Shown here one piece after another: positions 21,838 through 30,073 of a stretch of 64,000 bases of DNA. Each line of letters begins with the position of its first letter. Within the stretch, counting starts at the first letter, position 1. Location: NCBI GenBank assembly GCA_046048895.1, contig JBJOFF010000002.1, positions 56,668 to 120,667 of the forward strand, given 5' to 3'. A program made the position numbers and the translations under genes. The notes below the pieces were generated by a model that worked only from the letters and a program-made list of their open reading frames with translations, was not told the DNA's origin and searched no databases. This stretch comes from Actinomycetota bacterium. GTDB lineage: Bacteria; Actinomycetota; Actinomycetes; Nanopelagicales; Nanopelagicaceae.

Positions 21838-22896
21838 ATGAGCGAATTTCAACATAAAGTCGATGCCATTCGCAATTTAATCAGAGAACGAAAGTTAGAT
21901 TCAATAGTAATCCGTAGAAATCCTAATTTGGCTTGGCTAATTTCCGGGCGCGTACATGTCCCGTTGACCTTAGATTTAGCCTGCTTTGACATGATTATTT
22001 CTTTGGAAAGAGTAGTAGCCGTAACTAATAAAATTGAAGCACCTAGATTAATTGCCGAAGAGTTGCCGGCAGAAGTTGAAGTAAATTCAGTTGATTGGTG
22101 GGAATCGCGAGATTCACAGTTGCCAATTGGAGATAAAGTTGGGTCAGATCAACCTGGAAATTCTCGAATTGATTTAGGTAGCGACATAGAGAGATTACGC
22201 CAATCTTTAAGTAAAACAGAGGTTGATCGATTTAGAGAAGTCTGCATTGACTCAGCTATCGCGCTTGGAGCAGCTGTAAAACTAACCAGGTCAAGCGATC
22301 GTGAAATTGATGTAACCAGCAGAATCGCTGAAGCGCTTTGGCAAAGTAATTTGGAATTAGTTTTTATAGGAGTCGCGGGGGAGGCCAGGGTGAAGCAATT
22401 TCGCCATCCACTTCCAACAGATTCGATAATTGGCAATCGAGTCGTAGCTTCTATCTGTGCTCGCCGTAAAGGAATGATTGCATCCGTTACCAGAATTGCA
22501 TCTTTTGAAGATGAAGTTAATTCCTATTTCAATATTTTGCAGGTGGAAGCCGCTATTTTTAATGCAACCAAAGTTGGATCAAATTTCTCGGTGCCAATAA
22601 ATGCGGCCATAAAGGCTTACCCAGAGTTTGGCTTTGACGAGCTAGAGTGGCAGAAACATCATCAAGGCGGCCCAACAGGTTTTGCTCCTAGGGATTGGCC
22701 TGCAAATAACCAAAGTCAGCAATTGATTTTGCAGGATCAACCTATTGCTTGGAACCCAACTGGTAACGGCTGGAAGGCGGAAGATACGATTTTGGCCACC
22801 GCAAACGGCGTAGATATTCTCTCCAAAGACCCAAGCTGGCCAACCATTGAAATTTCAGGCCGCAAGCGGCCCGATGTGTTGAAACTGCCAAAGTAA
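21838..22896 (+). CDS. M24 (creatinase/prolidase, pita-bread) fold protein with apparently degenerate metal site
   Basis: The layout looks like a creatinase-N-like N-terminal domain plus a pita-bread C-terminal domain (VASICARRKGMIASVTRI, HHQGGPTGFAPRD, GWKAEDTILAT). It starts 3 nt after the synthase stop. The canonical metal ligands look substituted (see findings). Confidence 0.6.
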   Translation: MSEFQHKVDAIRNLIRERKLDSIVIRRNPNLAWLISGRVHVPLTLDLACFDMIISLERVVAVTNKIEAPRLIAEELPAEVEVNSVDWWESRDSQLPIGDKVGSDQPGNSRIDLGSDIERLRQSLSKTEVDRFREVCIDSAIALGAAVKLTRSSDREIDVTSRIAEALWQSNLELVFIGVAGEARVKQFRHPLPTDSIIGNRVVASICARRKGMIASVTRIASFEDEVNSYFNILQVEAAIFNATKVGSNFSVPINAAIKAYPEFGFDELEWQKHHQGGPTGFAPRDWPANNQSQQLILQDQPIAWNPTGNGWKAEDTILATANGVDILSKDPSWPTIEISGRKRPDVLKLPK

Positions 22897-22934
22897 CCTT
22901 TCAATAACAACTTGCCTGCGGCAAGAATTAATCA

Positions 22935-22963
22935 TTGACTACGGCCCCCCTTAGAGGCAGACT
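22935..22963 (+). promoter_or_regulatory. candidate sigma-70-type promoter of the isomerase-ABC-kinase-aldolase operon (TTGACT-N17-CAGACT)
   Basis: The hexamers were read from the sequence. The same -10-like AGACT plus downstream palindrome architecture recurs at 31215..31267. Confidence 0.4.
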
Positions 22964-22966
22964 GCG

Positions 22967-22986
22967 CCAAGAGGTCAAACCACTGG
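22967..22986. promoter_or_regulatory. palindromic operator copy 1 (CCAAGAGGTCAAACCACTGG), FadR/GntR-type GGT-N3-ACC core
   Basis: It lies 3 nt after the putative -10 and 8 nt before the ATG at 22994. It is near-identical to the sites at 31249..31267 and 31174..31192. Confidence 0.6.
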
Positions 22987-22993
22987 GGGTCTG

Positions 22994-24397
22994 ATGAAAT
23001 CTGTAGCGCTCTTGGCACTAGCTAGACCTACCTTTGACCTCGCTTATGCTGAGCGTAATTTTCAAGGCGCTCGCAAATTACTCCAAGATCTAGGTGTACA
23101 AGTGGTCGGACCAGAGCATCTAGTAATGACTCCGGAGGATGTACAAGCCGCCCAAATTCCAAGTGCAGATTTATATATTTTATTAACTGCATCTTTTAGC
23201 GATGCCTCGCCAGCGGTAGATCTGCTCTCAAATGTTCCAGGCCCAATTTTGGGTTGGTCTATGCGCGAACCTGGCGAAAACGGCGAGCGACTTAAATTAA
23301 ATTCAATGTGCGGCATAAATTTAGCAGCGCATGCACTTTTAGAAAATGGCCAGACACTTCGACATCTACACGGAAATTTTGATGAGCCAGAAATTAAGCA
23401 AGCGTTGTCGACGGCGCTTGCAGGTAATTTGCCTGCGGCAAATTCACCGATTGCTAAACATGATTTAGAAATGGCGTCAACTGAAGTTGTACAACATGCA
23501 CTTTCAATTTTGGCCAAGAAGAAAATTGGGGCAATTGGCGATGCGCCAAACGGTTTTACTCCTTGTAATTTTAATGCCCAGCAATTAAAAGATAATTTTG
23601 GATTAACTGTTGCTCAAATTCCAATTAAAAGTGCATTTGAGAAAATTGAGGCAGTAAGCCAAAGTGCAAAAGAAAAAGCACACGCAAATGCAGTCGCAGC
23701 TCAACCTTCGTTAGCCAATGTAAATGTTGATGAAGCAACCAAAGTAGCAGGTGTGGAAGTTGCATTAGAAAAATGGCAGGAAGATGAAGCGCTAGATGCG
23801 ATAGCAGTCAGATGCTGGCCAGAATTCCCTACCGATTTAGGAGCTTGCATCTGCTCATCTTTAGGTCGAATTTCAGATCGTGGCACAGTAACAACCTGCG
23901 AACGCGACGTACTTGGTGCGGTAACCATGTTGGTTTGTGAAGCGCTAGGTTCTGATGAAAATTACTTAGTAGATATTGTCGATCTTGATGCAAGTAAAAA
24001 TTTAGTTCGTTTATGGCACTGTGGCTCTGCCGCCACAAAATTAGCGGCAGATCCTCAAAATGCGACGCAATCGATTCATTGCAATCGGAAATTAGGCGTT
24101 GCCGGAGATTTCCCGCTCAAAACTGGTCCAGTAACCCTGTTCCGCATTGATCGGGATTTAGACCCAGCAAATAAAACTGGTCTAAGAATGGTTGTGAGCC
24201 GAGGGGAATCGATCCCAGCTCCCAATCGCTTTCAAGGAAATACTGCAACAGTTGTAACTGAACCTGATGCAGCACTTCTAGTGAATGGAATAGTCACCGG
24301 TGGATATCCGCACCATCTAGTCATCTCATGGGTAGATGTGCGACCAGGTATTCGTCGAATGGCGCAAATGTTAGGGATCCCCCTCATCGAATGGTAA
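22994..24397 (+). CDS. L-fucose/L-arabinose isomerase-family sugar isomerase (candidate sulfoquinovose-sulfofructose isomerase)
   Basis: A 467 aa protein that resembles the Fuc/Ara isomerase family overall (CWPEF, TTCERDVLGA, RLWHCGSA, GGYPHHLVISW). It is the first gene of the island operon. Confidence 0.65.
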   Translation: MKSVALLALARPTFDLAYAERNFQGARKLLQDLGVQVVGPEHLVMTPEDVQAAQIPSADLYILLTASFSDASPAVDLLSNVPGPILGWSMREPGENGERLKLNSMCGINLAAHALLENGQTLRHLHGNFDEPEIKQALSTALAGNLPAANSPIAKHDLEMASTEVVQHALSILAKKKIGAIGDAPNGFTPCNFNAQQLKDNFGLTVAQIPIKSAFEKIEAVSQSAKEKAHANAVAAQPSLANVNVDEATKVAGVEVALEKWQEDEALDAIAVRCWPEFPTDLGACICSSLGRISDRGTVTTCERDVLGAVTMLVCEALGSDENYLVDIVDLDASKNLVRLWHCGSAATKLAADPQNATQSIHCNRKLGVAGDFPLKTGPVTLFRIDRDLDPANKTGLRMVVSRGESIPAPNRFQGNTATVVTEPDAALLVNGIVTGGYPHHLVISWVDVRPGIRRMAQMLGIPLIEW

Positions 24398-24420
24398 CCA
24401 TCTCCAGAAAAGGAATATCA

Positions 24421-25851
24421 ATGAAGATAAAGACAATCCGTAAAGGCGTTGTTGCAGCGTTGGTAACAACGCTTGTGATGTCGTCATTTACATTAGCAAG
24501 AGCGGCTGAAGAGCCAGCACTTGGTAAGAAGTGCTCATCAGAGGGCATTAGTACAGGTACATCTACAAATTCACTTGTATGTACTCAAGTAGGAAATCAG
24601 CTGGTATGGAAGAGAGTCCGCCTTGGTGCGAACTACGGAACTCCAGTAGCTGCGCTTTCATCTCCAAAGGGAACAATTGAATTTCATCACTGGCGCCCAG
24701 AAGACAAAGCAGTATTTGCTGACATAATTGAAAAATTTGAAGCTACACATCCTGGTACCAAAATTAATCAGGTAATCATGAGCTCTGTTGATTACACCAA
24801 CTTAGCTTACGCAAAGATCAGCACCAATAAGAAAGCGGCAGTTTTTGTAACTAGCCGTGGTGGACAGTTTGATCAGTTCTATAAAGGCGGATTGCTAAAG
24901 GAATTTGTTGGACAGCGTTACATGAAGCAGAACGTAATTCAAAGCGCCCTTACACCAGCAACCGTTGGTGGAAAAGTTTATGGATTGCCATATCAATCAC
25001 TGTTTAACAATCCACTTTACAACGCTGAGATGTTCGCCAAGAATGGTTGGAAGGTTCCAACAACTTGGTCACAGACTCTTGCATTCTGCAAGACCGCAAA
25101 AGCAGCCGGAATTATTCCATTTGCATGGCCAGCAGCTACCCGAGGAAATGCGGGCCAGATTATCAATGCGTTCTTAATGAACTCAGATTCTTCATACGCT
25201 TCAATGGCAGCACATGTGGCTGCAGTTGATACCGGCAAGGAAGACCTTCAGACCGAGTGGTTCAAGTCAATTGCGAACAAGTACAAGCAAATGAATGACG
25301 CAGGTTGCTTCCCAGCAAATGTTTCTGGTTATAACGACACTGCAGCTCCGGCTGATTTCGCAGCTGGCAAAGCAGCTATCTATCCAACCGGATCATTCGG
25401 TATCAGCACTGTTACTAAATTGAATCCAGCAATGTCAGGAAAGATCAAAATGTTCGGAATGATCACAACTGACAGCAAGCCTCTATATGAAGGCATTACC
25501 AATAACACCTTCATTCTGCATGTAAATGCAAAGGCTTCAACCACAGATCAGAAGATTGCAAACTCATTTATCTCATGGCTAGCAACACCAGCTATGGCAC
25601 AGATTTATGCGGTTGGAACTTCACAGCATGTTTCAATCATTAACGTTGACTATTCGGACAATGTTGATCTTCTAAACGTTTCTGACATCATGGGTAAGAA
25701 GTTGTTACTTGCTCCACGCTTCTTGTTCGGCAATGTTAATGGCGTTCGTAATCCACTTGAGGACGCATTAATTGCGATTGGCGGTGGTGCAGACGTTTCA
25801 AAGACGTTAGCAGATACCTCAAAGACAATTAAGTCCAACTTGGGTGCTTAA
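24421..25851 (+). CDS. extracellular solute-binding protein, CUT1-type sugar ABC transporter
   Basis: The ATG at 24421 is preceded by AAAGGAA and gives a signal peptide MKIKTIRKGVVAALVTTLVMSSFTLARAA. The track start at 24328 overlaps the isomerase and was rejected. The body is SBP family 1-like (YPTGSFG etc.). Confidence 0.8.
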   Translation: MKIKTIRKGVVAALVTTLVMSSFTLARAAEEPALGKKCSSEGISTGTSTNSLVCTQVGNQLVWKRVRLGANYGTPVAALSSPKGTIEFHHWRPEDKAVFADIIEKFEATHPGTKINQVIMSSVDYTNLAYAKISTNKKAAVFVTSRGGQFDQFYKGGLLKEFVGQRYMKQNVIQSALTPATVGGKVYGLPYQSLFNNPLYNAEMFAKNGWKVPTTWSQTLAFCKTAKAAGIIPFAWPAATRGNAGQIINAFLMNSDSSYASMAAHVAAVDTGKEDLQTEWFKSIANKYKQMNDAGCFPANVSGYNDTAAPADFAAGKAAIYPTGSFGISTVTKLNPAMSGKIKMFGMITTDSKPLYEGITNNTFILHVNAKASTTDQKIANSFISWLATPAMAQIYAVGTSQHVSIINVDYSDNVDLLNVSDIMGKKLLLAPRFLFGNVNGVRNPLEDALIAIGGGADVSKTLADTSKTIKSNLGA

Positions 25852-25870
25852 TTAGCAATCTAACTAAGGC

Positions 25871-25908
25871 AAGCACCGCTCTTTCCAAATTTGGCAAGAG
25901 CGGTGCTT
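25871..25908 (+). promoter_or_regulatory. strong intercistronic hairpin after the SBP gene (13-bp perfect stem AAGCACCGCTCTT/AAGAGCGGTGCTT), no U-tract
   Basis: Read directly from the sequence. It lies 20 nt after the SBP stop and 48 nt before the permease ATG. Confidence 0.6.
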
Positions 25909-25955
25909 CGCCTACCCAAAAGAAGAAAAATCGAACAAACCCAACTTTAATTATT

Positions 25956-26801
25956 ATGTCGCTGCCAGCTTTGGCAGTTTATAGTTTTCTCTACCTCTAT
26001 CCGGCAATTCAAAATTTGCTTTACTCTCTAACTCGCTGGGATGGAGTTACTGAATCTGAATTTATTGGCGCGCGAAATTTCACCTACATGTTGACCGAAG
26101 ATGTACTTTTCAGAAAAATCTTTGCCAATAACATTAAATTTGCGCTATTTGTAGTCATCTTTCAGACCGGTTTTTCCTTACTTTTTGCGATTTTTCTAGC
26201 TAGAAATTCCAAATCAAATATCTTTTTCCGCACCTTATTTTTCTTCCCAACAATTCTCTCATCCGTTTCAGTTGGATTGATGTGGACCTTTTTATATAAC
26301 CCAAACTATGGATTCATAAATGCAGCCCTTAAAGGCATAGGTCTAGATTCTCTAGCTGTCAATTGGTTGGGCGATACCAGATATTCTTTATTAGCGATAG
26401 CGATCACTCAAGTCTGGTTTCATACCGGTCAGATGGTCGTCATATACGTAGCTGGGTTACAGCAAATCCCGCAGGAACTTTATGAAGCAGCAGATGTTGA
26501 TGGTGCAACCAAATGGCAGCAATTTAAAAATGTAACCTGGCCAATGGCGCTTCCTACAACTGCAGTCGTGGTCGCCTACACCACAATCCAATCCTTTAGA
26601 GCATTTGATTTGGTTTATTCAATGACTCAGGGTGGTCCTTTAAATTCATCAGACTTACTAGTGACAAATATTTTCAATTTGGCATTCGTAGGATATAAAT
26701 TTGGATATGCAGCAGCTCAGACTATTTTCCTCGTAGTAATGATTTTGTTATTGACGTGGCTCCAGCGCCGAACTCTTAAAATAGATTATGGAGTCAAGTA
26801 A
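25956..26801 (+). CDS. sugar ABC transporter permease (MalF/BPD_transp_1 type)
   Basis: A polytopic 281 aa protein with an EAA-loop region EAADVDGATKWQQFKNVTWP. Confidence 0.85.
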   Translation: MSLPALAVYSFLYLYPAIQNLLYSLTRWDGVTESEFIGARNFTYMLTEDVLFRKIFANNIKFALFVVIFQTGFSLLFAIFLARNSKSNIFFRTLFFFPTILSSVSVGLMWTFLYNPNYGFINAALKGIGLDSLAVNWLGDTRYSLLAIAITQVWFHTGQMVVIYVAGLQQIPQELYEAADVDGATKWQQFKNVTWPMALPTTAVVVAYTTIQSFRAFDLVYSMTQGGPLNSSDLLVTNIFNLAFVGYKFGYAAAQTIFLVVMILLLTWLQRRTLKIDYGVK

Positions 26802-27616
26802 TGATTTTTAGTATCTCCAGAAGAATTTTGCTGACAATATTTGCATTAGCGGTAATTGTGCCGACTTCAATCGTTGTTTTAGGCACATTCAAGACAGATT
26901 TTGAAATTTATTCAAAGCCTCTAGCTCTGCCAAAAGCTTTTACTTTGGATAATTTCAAGGCGTTGATAGACACTGGAAATGTTTCAACTCCTTTTAAAAA
27001 TTCAGTCATTGTGTCGTTGAGTTCGGTCTTCTTCACACTGTTATTTGCAAGTTTGGCTGCTTATGCAATTTCTAGAATGTTCACTATTACTGGAAAGGTC
27101 CTCTTCTTCTTGTTCTCCTTGGGATTAGCAATTCCAGGTCAAGTCAATATTGTGCCTATTTACACCCTATTTGTGAAGTTAAATTTGACCAATTCCTTAA
27201 TAGGACTTGTTTTAGTGAATATTGCTTTAAATTTACCGCTCTCCATTTTTATTCTCACTGCTTTCCTAAAGGATCTGCCAAAGGAGATGTTTGAAGTAGC
27301 AAGCATTGATGGTGCAGGTCATTGGCGAGTATTTCGCTCTATTGCCCTCCCTCTAGCAAGACCAGCTGTAGGCGCGACTGCTATATTTTTGTTTGTCATT
27401 TGTTGGAACGATCTCTTATATCCATTAATGCTGATAAATGAACAAAGCAAAAAAACTTTGCCACTTACCCTAATTGATTTCCGTGGAGAATTTTCTACCA
27501 GTTATTCAATGTTATTTACTGCAATTTTGGTAGCTTCAATACCAATGGTCGTTATGTATCTTTTGATGCAAAAGCAATTCCAATCAGGTTTGACAGCAGG
27601 TGCGGTTAAGGGATGA
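26801..27616 (+). CDS. sugar ABC transporter permease (MalG type)
   Basis: A polytopic 271 aa protein with the EAA loop EVASIDGAGHWRVFRSIALP. TAATG junction with the upstream permease. Confidence 0.85.
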   Translation: MIFSISRRILLTIFALAVIVPTSIVVLGTFKTDFEIYSKPLALPKAFTLDNFKALIDTGNVSTPFKNSVIVSLSSVFFTLLFASLAAYAISRMFTITGKVLFFLFSLGLAIPGQVNIVPIYTLFVKLNLTNSLIGLVLVNIALNLPLSIFILTAFLKDLPKEMFEVASIDGAGHWRVFRSIALPLARPAVGATAIFLFVICWNDLLYPLMLINEQSKKTLPLTLIDFRGEFSTSYSMLFTAILVASIPMVVMYLLMQKQFQSGLTAGAVKG

Positions 27617-28311
27617 GTACTACTATAAATTCAAGAGCAGATCGCATTGCCGATCAACTTCTCGAATTAATAAGTGTTTCTAAATTAAATCCAGGTGATC
27701 GATTACCTCCGGAACGTCAATTATCTGAACTTTTAGAGGTTAGCCGTCCTTCTTTGCGTGAAGCTTTACATATTCTTCAGGCAAGAGGATTGGTCGCAAT
27801 TAAACATGGACAGGGCACGTTTGTTGAAGAACCTTTGGTTGCTCAAGAATTAAGGGCTTCAGTCTTCTCAAGAGAGCATGATTTAAATGAACTTTATGAT
27901 GCCCGAGAAGTGCTTGAAGTGCCAGCCGCAAAGTGGGCTGCGCAGAAGGCTTCTAAAGAAGATATTAGAACTTTACGTGCAACTCTAAATCAGATGTCGG
28001 CTATTGCTGAGAGTAATGAAGTTGATTATGAGCAATTAAAATTTCTAGACGCTAAATTTCACTTAACAATCGTAGGGATAGCGGAAAATAGATTTATCAA
28101 TCAGACTTTGCACGTATTACAAGAGGTCATGGGTATGTCCATGGAAACTACACTTCGTCTACCAGGCCGTATTGAGATTTCAGCAAATGAGCATCTGGCA
28201 ATATTGGATGCTTTAGAACGTGGAGATGGAGAGCTGGCGGCGAAATTGACGCATGCTCATATTGCAGGTGCGCGTAAAACGGCACTAGCTGATGCGAAAG
28301 ATAAGCATTGA
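27613..28311 (+). CDS. GntR-family transcriptional regulator, FadR subfamily (FCD C-terminal domain)
   Basis: Winged-HTH block LPPERQLSELLEVSRPSLREALHILQARGLV followed by an all-helical C-terminal domain. ATGA overlap with the permease. Confidence 0.85.
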   Translation: MSTTINSRADRIADQLLELISVSKLNPGDRLPPERQLSELLEVSRPSLREALHILQARGLVAIKHGQGTFVEEPLVAQELRASVFSREHDLNELYDAREVLEVPAAKWAAQKASKEDIRTLRATLNQMSAIAESNEVDYEQLKFLDAKFHLTIVGIAENRFINQTLHVLQEVMGMSMETTLRLPGRIEISANEHLAILDALERGDGELAAKLTHAHIAGARKTALADAKDKH

Positions 28312-29195
28312 TTGAAGTAACTTGCGTAGGCGTAATTACGATGGACACGGTTGCGTTGGTGGATAAATATCCAAGCGCAGACGAAAGAGTATTAGCTGAG
28401 AAGATTGTTAGATCTGGAGGAGGTCCGGCTTCGGTAGCTGCAGTTGCGCTTTCAAGATTAGGAATTAAATCTGCAATTGTTGGAACTATCGGAGATGATC
28501 AAGATGGTCAAACCGTTTTAGAAATATTTAAAAAAGAAGGTGTAGATACTTCTGGTATCTCAATTCAAAAAGGTGCAACTTCTGGTAGCGTCATTGTGGC
28601 ATCCAAAAGCGAAAGCACCCGAGCAATTTCAACTCGCCAGCCAGTAAGCCAAGTAAAACCAAATGAAGCAGCCAAGAAATTGGCAGCTAACTCACAGTGG
28701 ATTCATGTCGACCATGTAGGAATCAATTTATTGCCTGACCTAGGAATCAGCAGGGGAGGCGCAGTAAAGATTTCTTTCGATGCTGGATATGGGGTAAAAG
28801 ATTTTGATGTTTCAAAGGTAGATTTATTTGCACCAAATGATAAGCAGATGCGAGAGCGCTATCCAGGTTTAGATTTAAAAGAGGCAATTAAGAGGGATGC
28901 TGAAGCTGGAAAAAATTTGGTGGTTGCCACGATGGGGGCAAATGGATCCATGGGTTACTCAACGGAGTTAGATTTTGCAGAAGCTCCAGTATTTAGAACG
29001 GAAATAATTAGCACCTTAGGCGCTGGAGATGTTTTTCATGGCGCGCTCCTTGCACAACTTATCGAAGGTCATCCACTTAAGGAAGCGTTAATGCGCGCTA
29101 ATGTAGTTGCAGCTCTCTCTTGCAGAGGCCTGGATGGCCAATCTGCGATTCCCACCAAAAATGACTTAATTAAGTACCTAGAAGGGGCTAAATAA
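28308..29195 (+). CDS. PfkB-family sugar kinase, YihV (sulfofructose kinase)-like
   Basis: VTCVGVITMD, GGGPASVAAVALSRLG and TLGAGDVFHGALLA...ALSCRGLDGQSAIP resemble my memory of E. coli YihV. TTGA overlap with the regulator gene. Confidence 0.7.
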   Translation: MIEVTCVGVITMDTVALVDKYPSADERVLAEKIVRSGGGPASVAAVALSRLGIKSAIVGTIGDDQDGQTVLEIFKKEGVDTSGISIQKGATSGSVIVASKSESTRAISTRQPVSQVKPNEAAKKLAANSQWIHVDHVGINLLPDLGISRGGAVKISFDAGYGVKDFDVSKVDLFAPNDKQMRERYPGLDLKEAIKRDAEAGKNLVVATMGANGSMGYSTELDFAEAPVFRTEIISTLGAGDVFHGALLAQLIEGHPLKEALMRANVVAALSCRGLDGQSAIPTKNDLIKYLEGAK

Positions 29196-30073
29196 TGCGT
29201 GATTTATCGAAACTGGCTCGATCATCTGGTGGTTTAGCAATGGTGGCAGTCGATCAACGCGAGGCGCTCCGAGGAATGTTTGCAGCGCATCATTCAACCG
29301 CAGTTCCAGATTCACAACTTACCCAATTCAAAGTTGATGTCGCGACAGAGTTAACGCCATTTGCATCAGCGCTACTAGTAGATCAAGAATTTGGAATTGA
29401 TGCCATTGTTGATCAGAAAGCAATGGCTAGCGGTTCAGGTTTGATCGCGGCAGCTGATTTATTAATTGGTCCAGCGGGCGGTGCAGCTACTGATACTGCG
29501 GTTGATCCGGAAGTAGATCCAGTGAGAATGAAATCAATCGGCGCAGCCGGGTTAAAGTTTTTAGTACTCTGGCGAAAAGATGAAAGCCCTGAATCAAGAT
29601 TGCAACTCGTAAATCAATTTAAGGCTTATTGTGACAGAGTTGATTTACCTTCAATTATTGAAATTATTGTAAAGGCTCCGAATAGTTCAGATATTCCTTT
29701 CGATAGAGAGGCGCAGATTATTGAGGCGGCTAAAGAAGCTCGCGCTTGGAAACCAGATCTCTACAAGGCCGAAGTACCTTTCCACGGTGAAGGAGATCTA
29801 AATCAGATTGAGAGAAATGCCGCGCTAATTTCTGAAGCTATCCAAGGTCCTTGGGTGGTACTTTCAAATGGAGTTAAGCAACCAAATTTTGCCGAAGCCG
29901 TGAAGGCGTGTTGCAAAGGTGGTGCTAGTGGTTTTCTTGCTGGGCGAGCGGTTTGGGCAGATATTGTTGGCGCAACAGATATTCCAAAAGCGCTTCGTGA
30001 AGTATCTATTCCTCGTCTAAAAGAGTTAACTGCAATTGTTGATGAATATGCCAAATCTTGGAGAAGTTGGTAG
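29195..30073 (+). CDS. class I aldolase of the LacD/YihT family, YihT (sulfofructose-1-phosphate aldolase)-like
   Basis: Blocks SGGLAMVAVDQREALRGMF, LKFLVLWRKDE, FDREAQIIEAAKEA, DLYKAEVP, PWVVLSNGV and GASGFLAGRAVWA closely match my recollection of YihT. LacD, as I recall it, has AFDQRGAL instead. TAATG junction with the kinase. Confidence 0.7.
   Translation: MRDLSKLARSSGGLAMVAVDQREALRGMFAAHHSTAVPDSQLTQFKVDVATELTPFASALLVDQEFGIDAIVDQKAMASGSGLIAAADLLIGPAGGAATDTAVDPEVDPVRMKSIGAAGLKFLVLWRKDESPESRLQLVNQFKAYCDRVDLPSIIEIIVKAPNSSDIPFDREAQIIEAAKEARAWKPDLYKAEVPFHGEGDLNQIERNAALISEAIQGPWVVLSNGVKQPNFAEAVKACCKGGASGFLAGRAVWADIVGATDIPKALREVSIPRLKELTAIVDEYAKSWRSW

Noticed and set aside
22911-22925. A small hairpin CTTGCC-TGC-GGCAAG after the M24-like gene, considered as a terminator.
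   Set aside because: It has a 6-bp stem, a 3-nt loop and no U-tract, which is too weak to call.
24328-24420. The track start of the solute-binding protein ORF at 24328, which overlaps the isomerase by 70 nt.
   Set aside because: The ATG at 24421 follows an AAAGGAA SD and yields a normal signal peptide. The upstream extension is Arg/Gly-rich read-through of the isomerase 3' end.
25833-25955. The reading frame of permease 1 stays open for ~120 nt upstream of its ATG. That stretch encodes a Lys/Arg-rich segment (QKKKNRTNPTLII) resembling a cytoplasmic N-terminus.
   Set aside because: There is no ATG, GTG or TTG in that stretch, and part of it is the intercistronic hairpin. The basic residues can be explained by the A-rich spacer. 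I kept the ATG at 25956.
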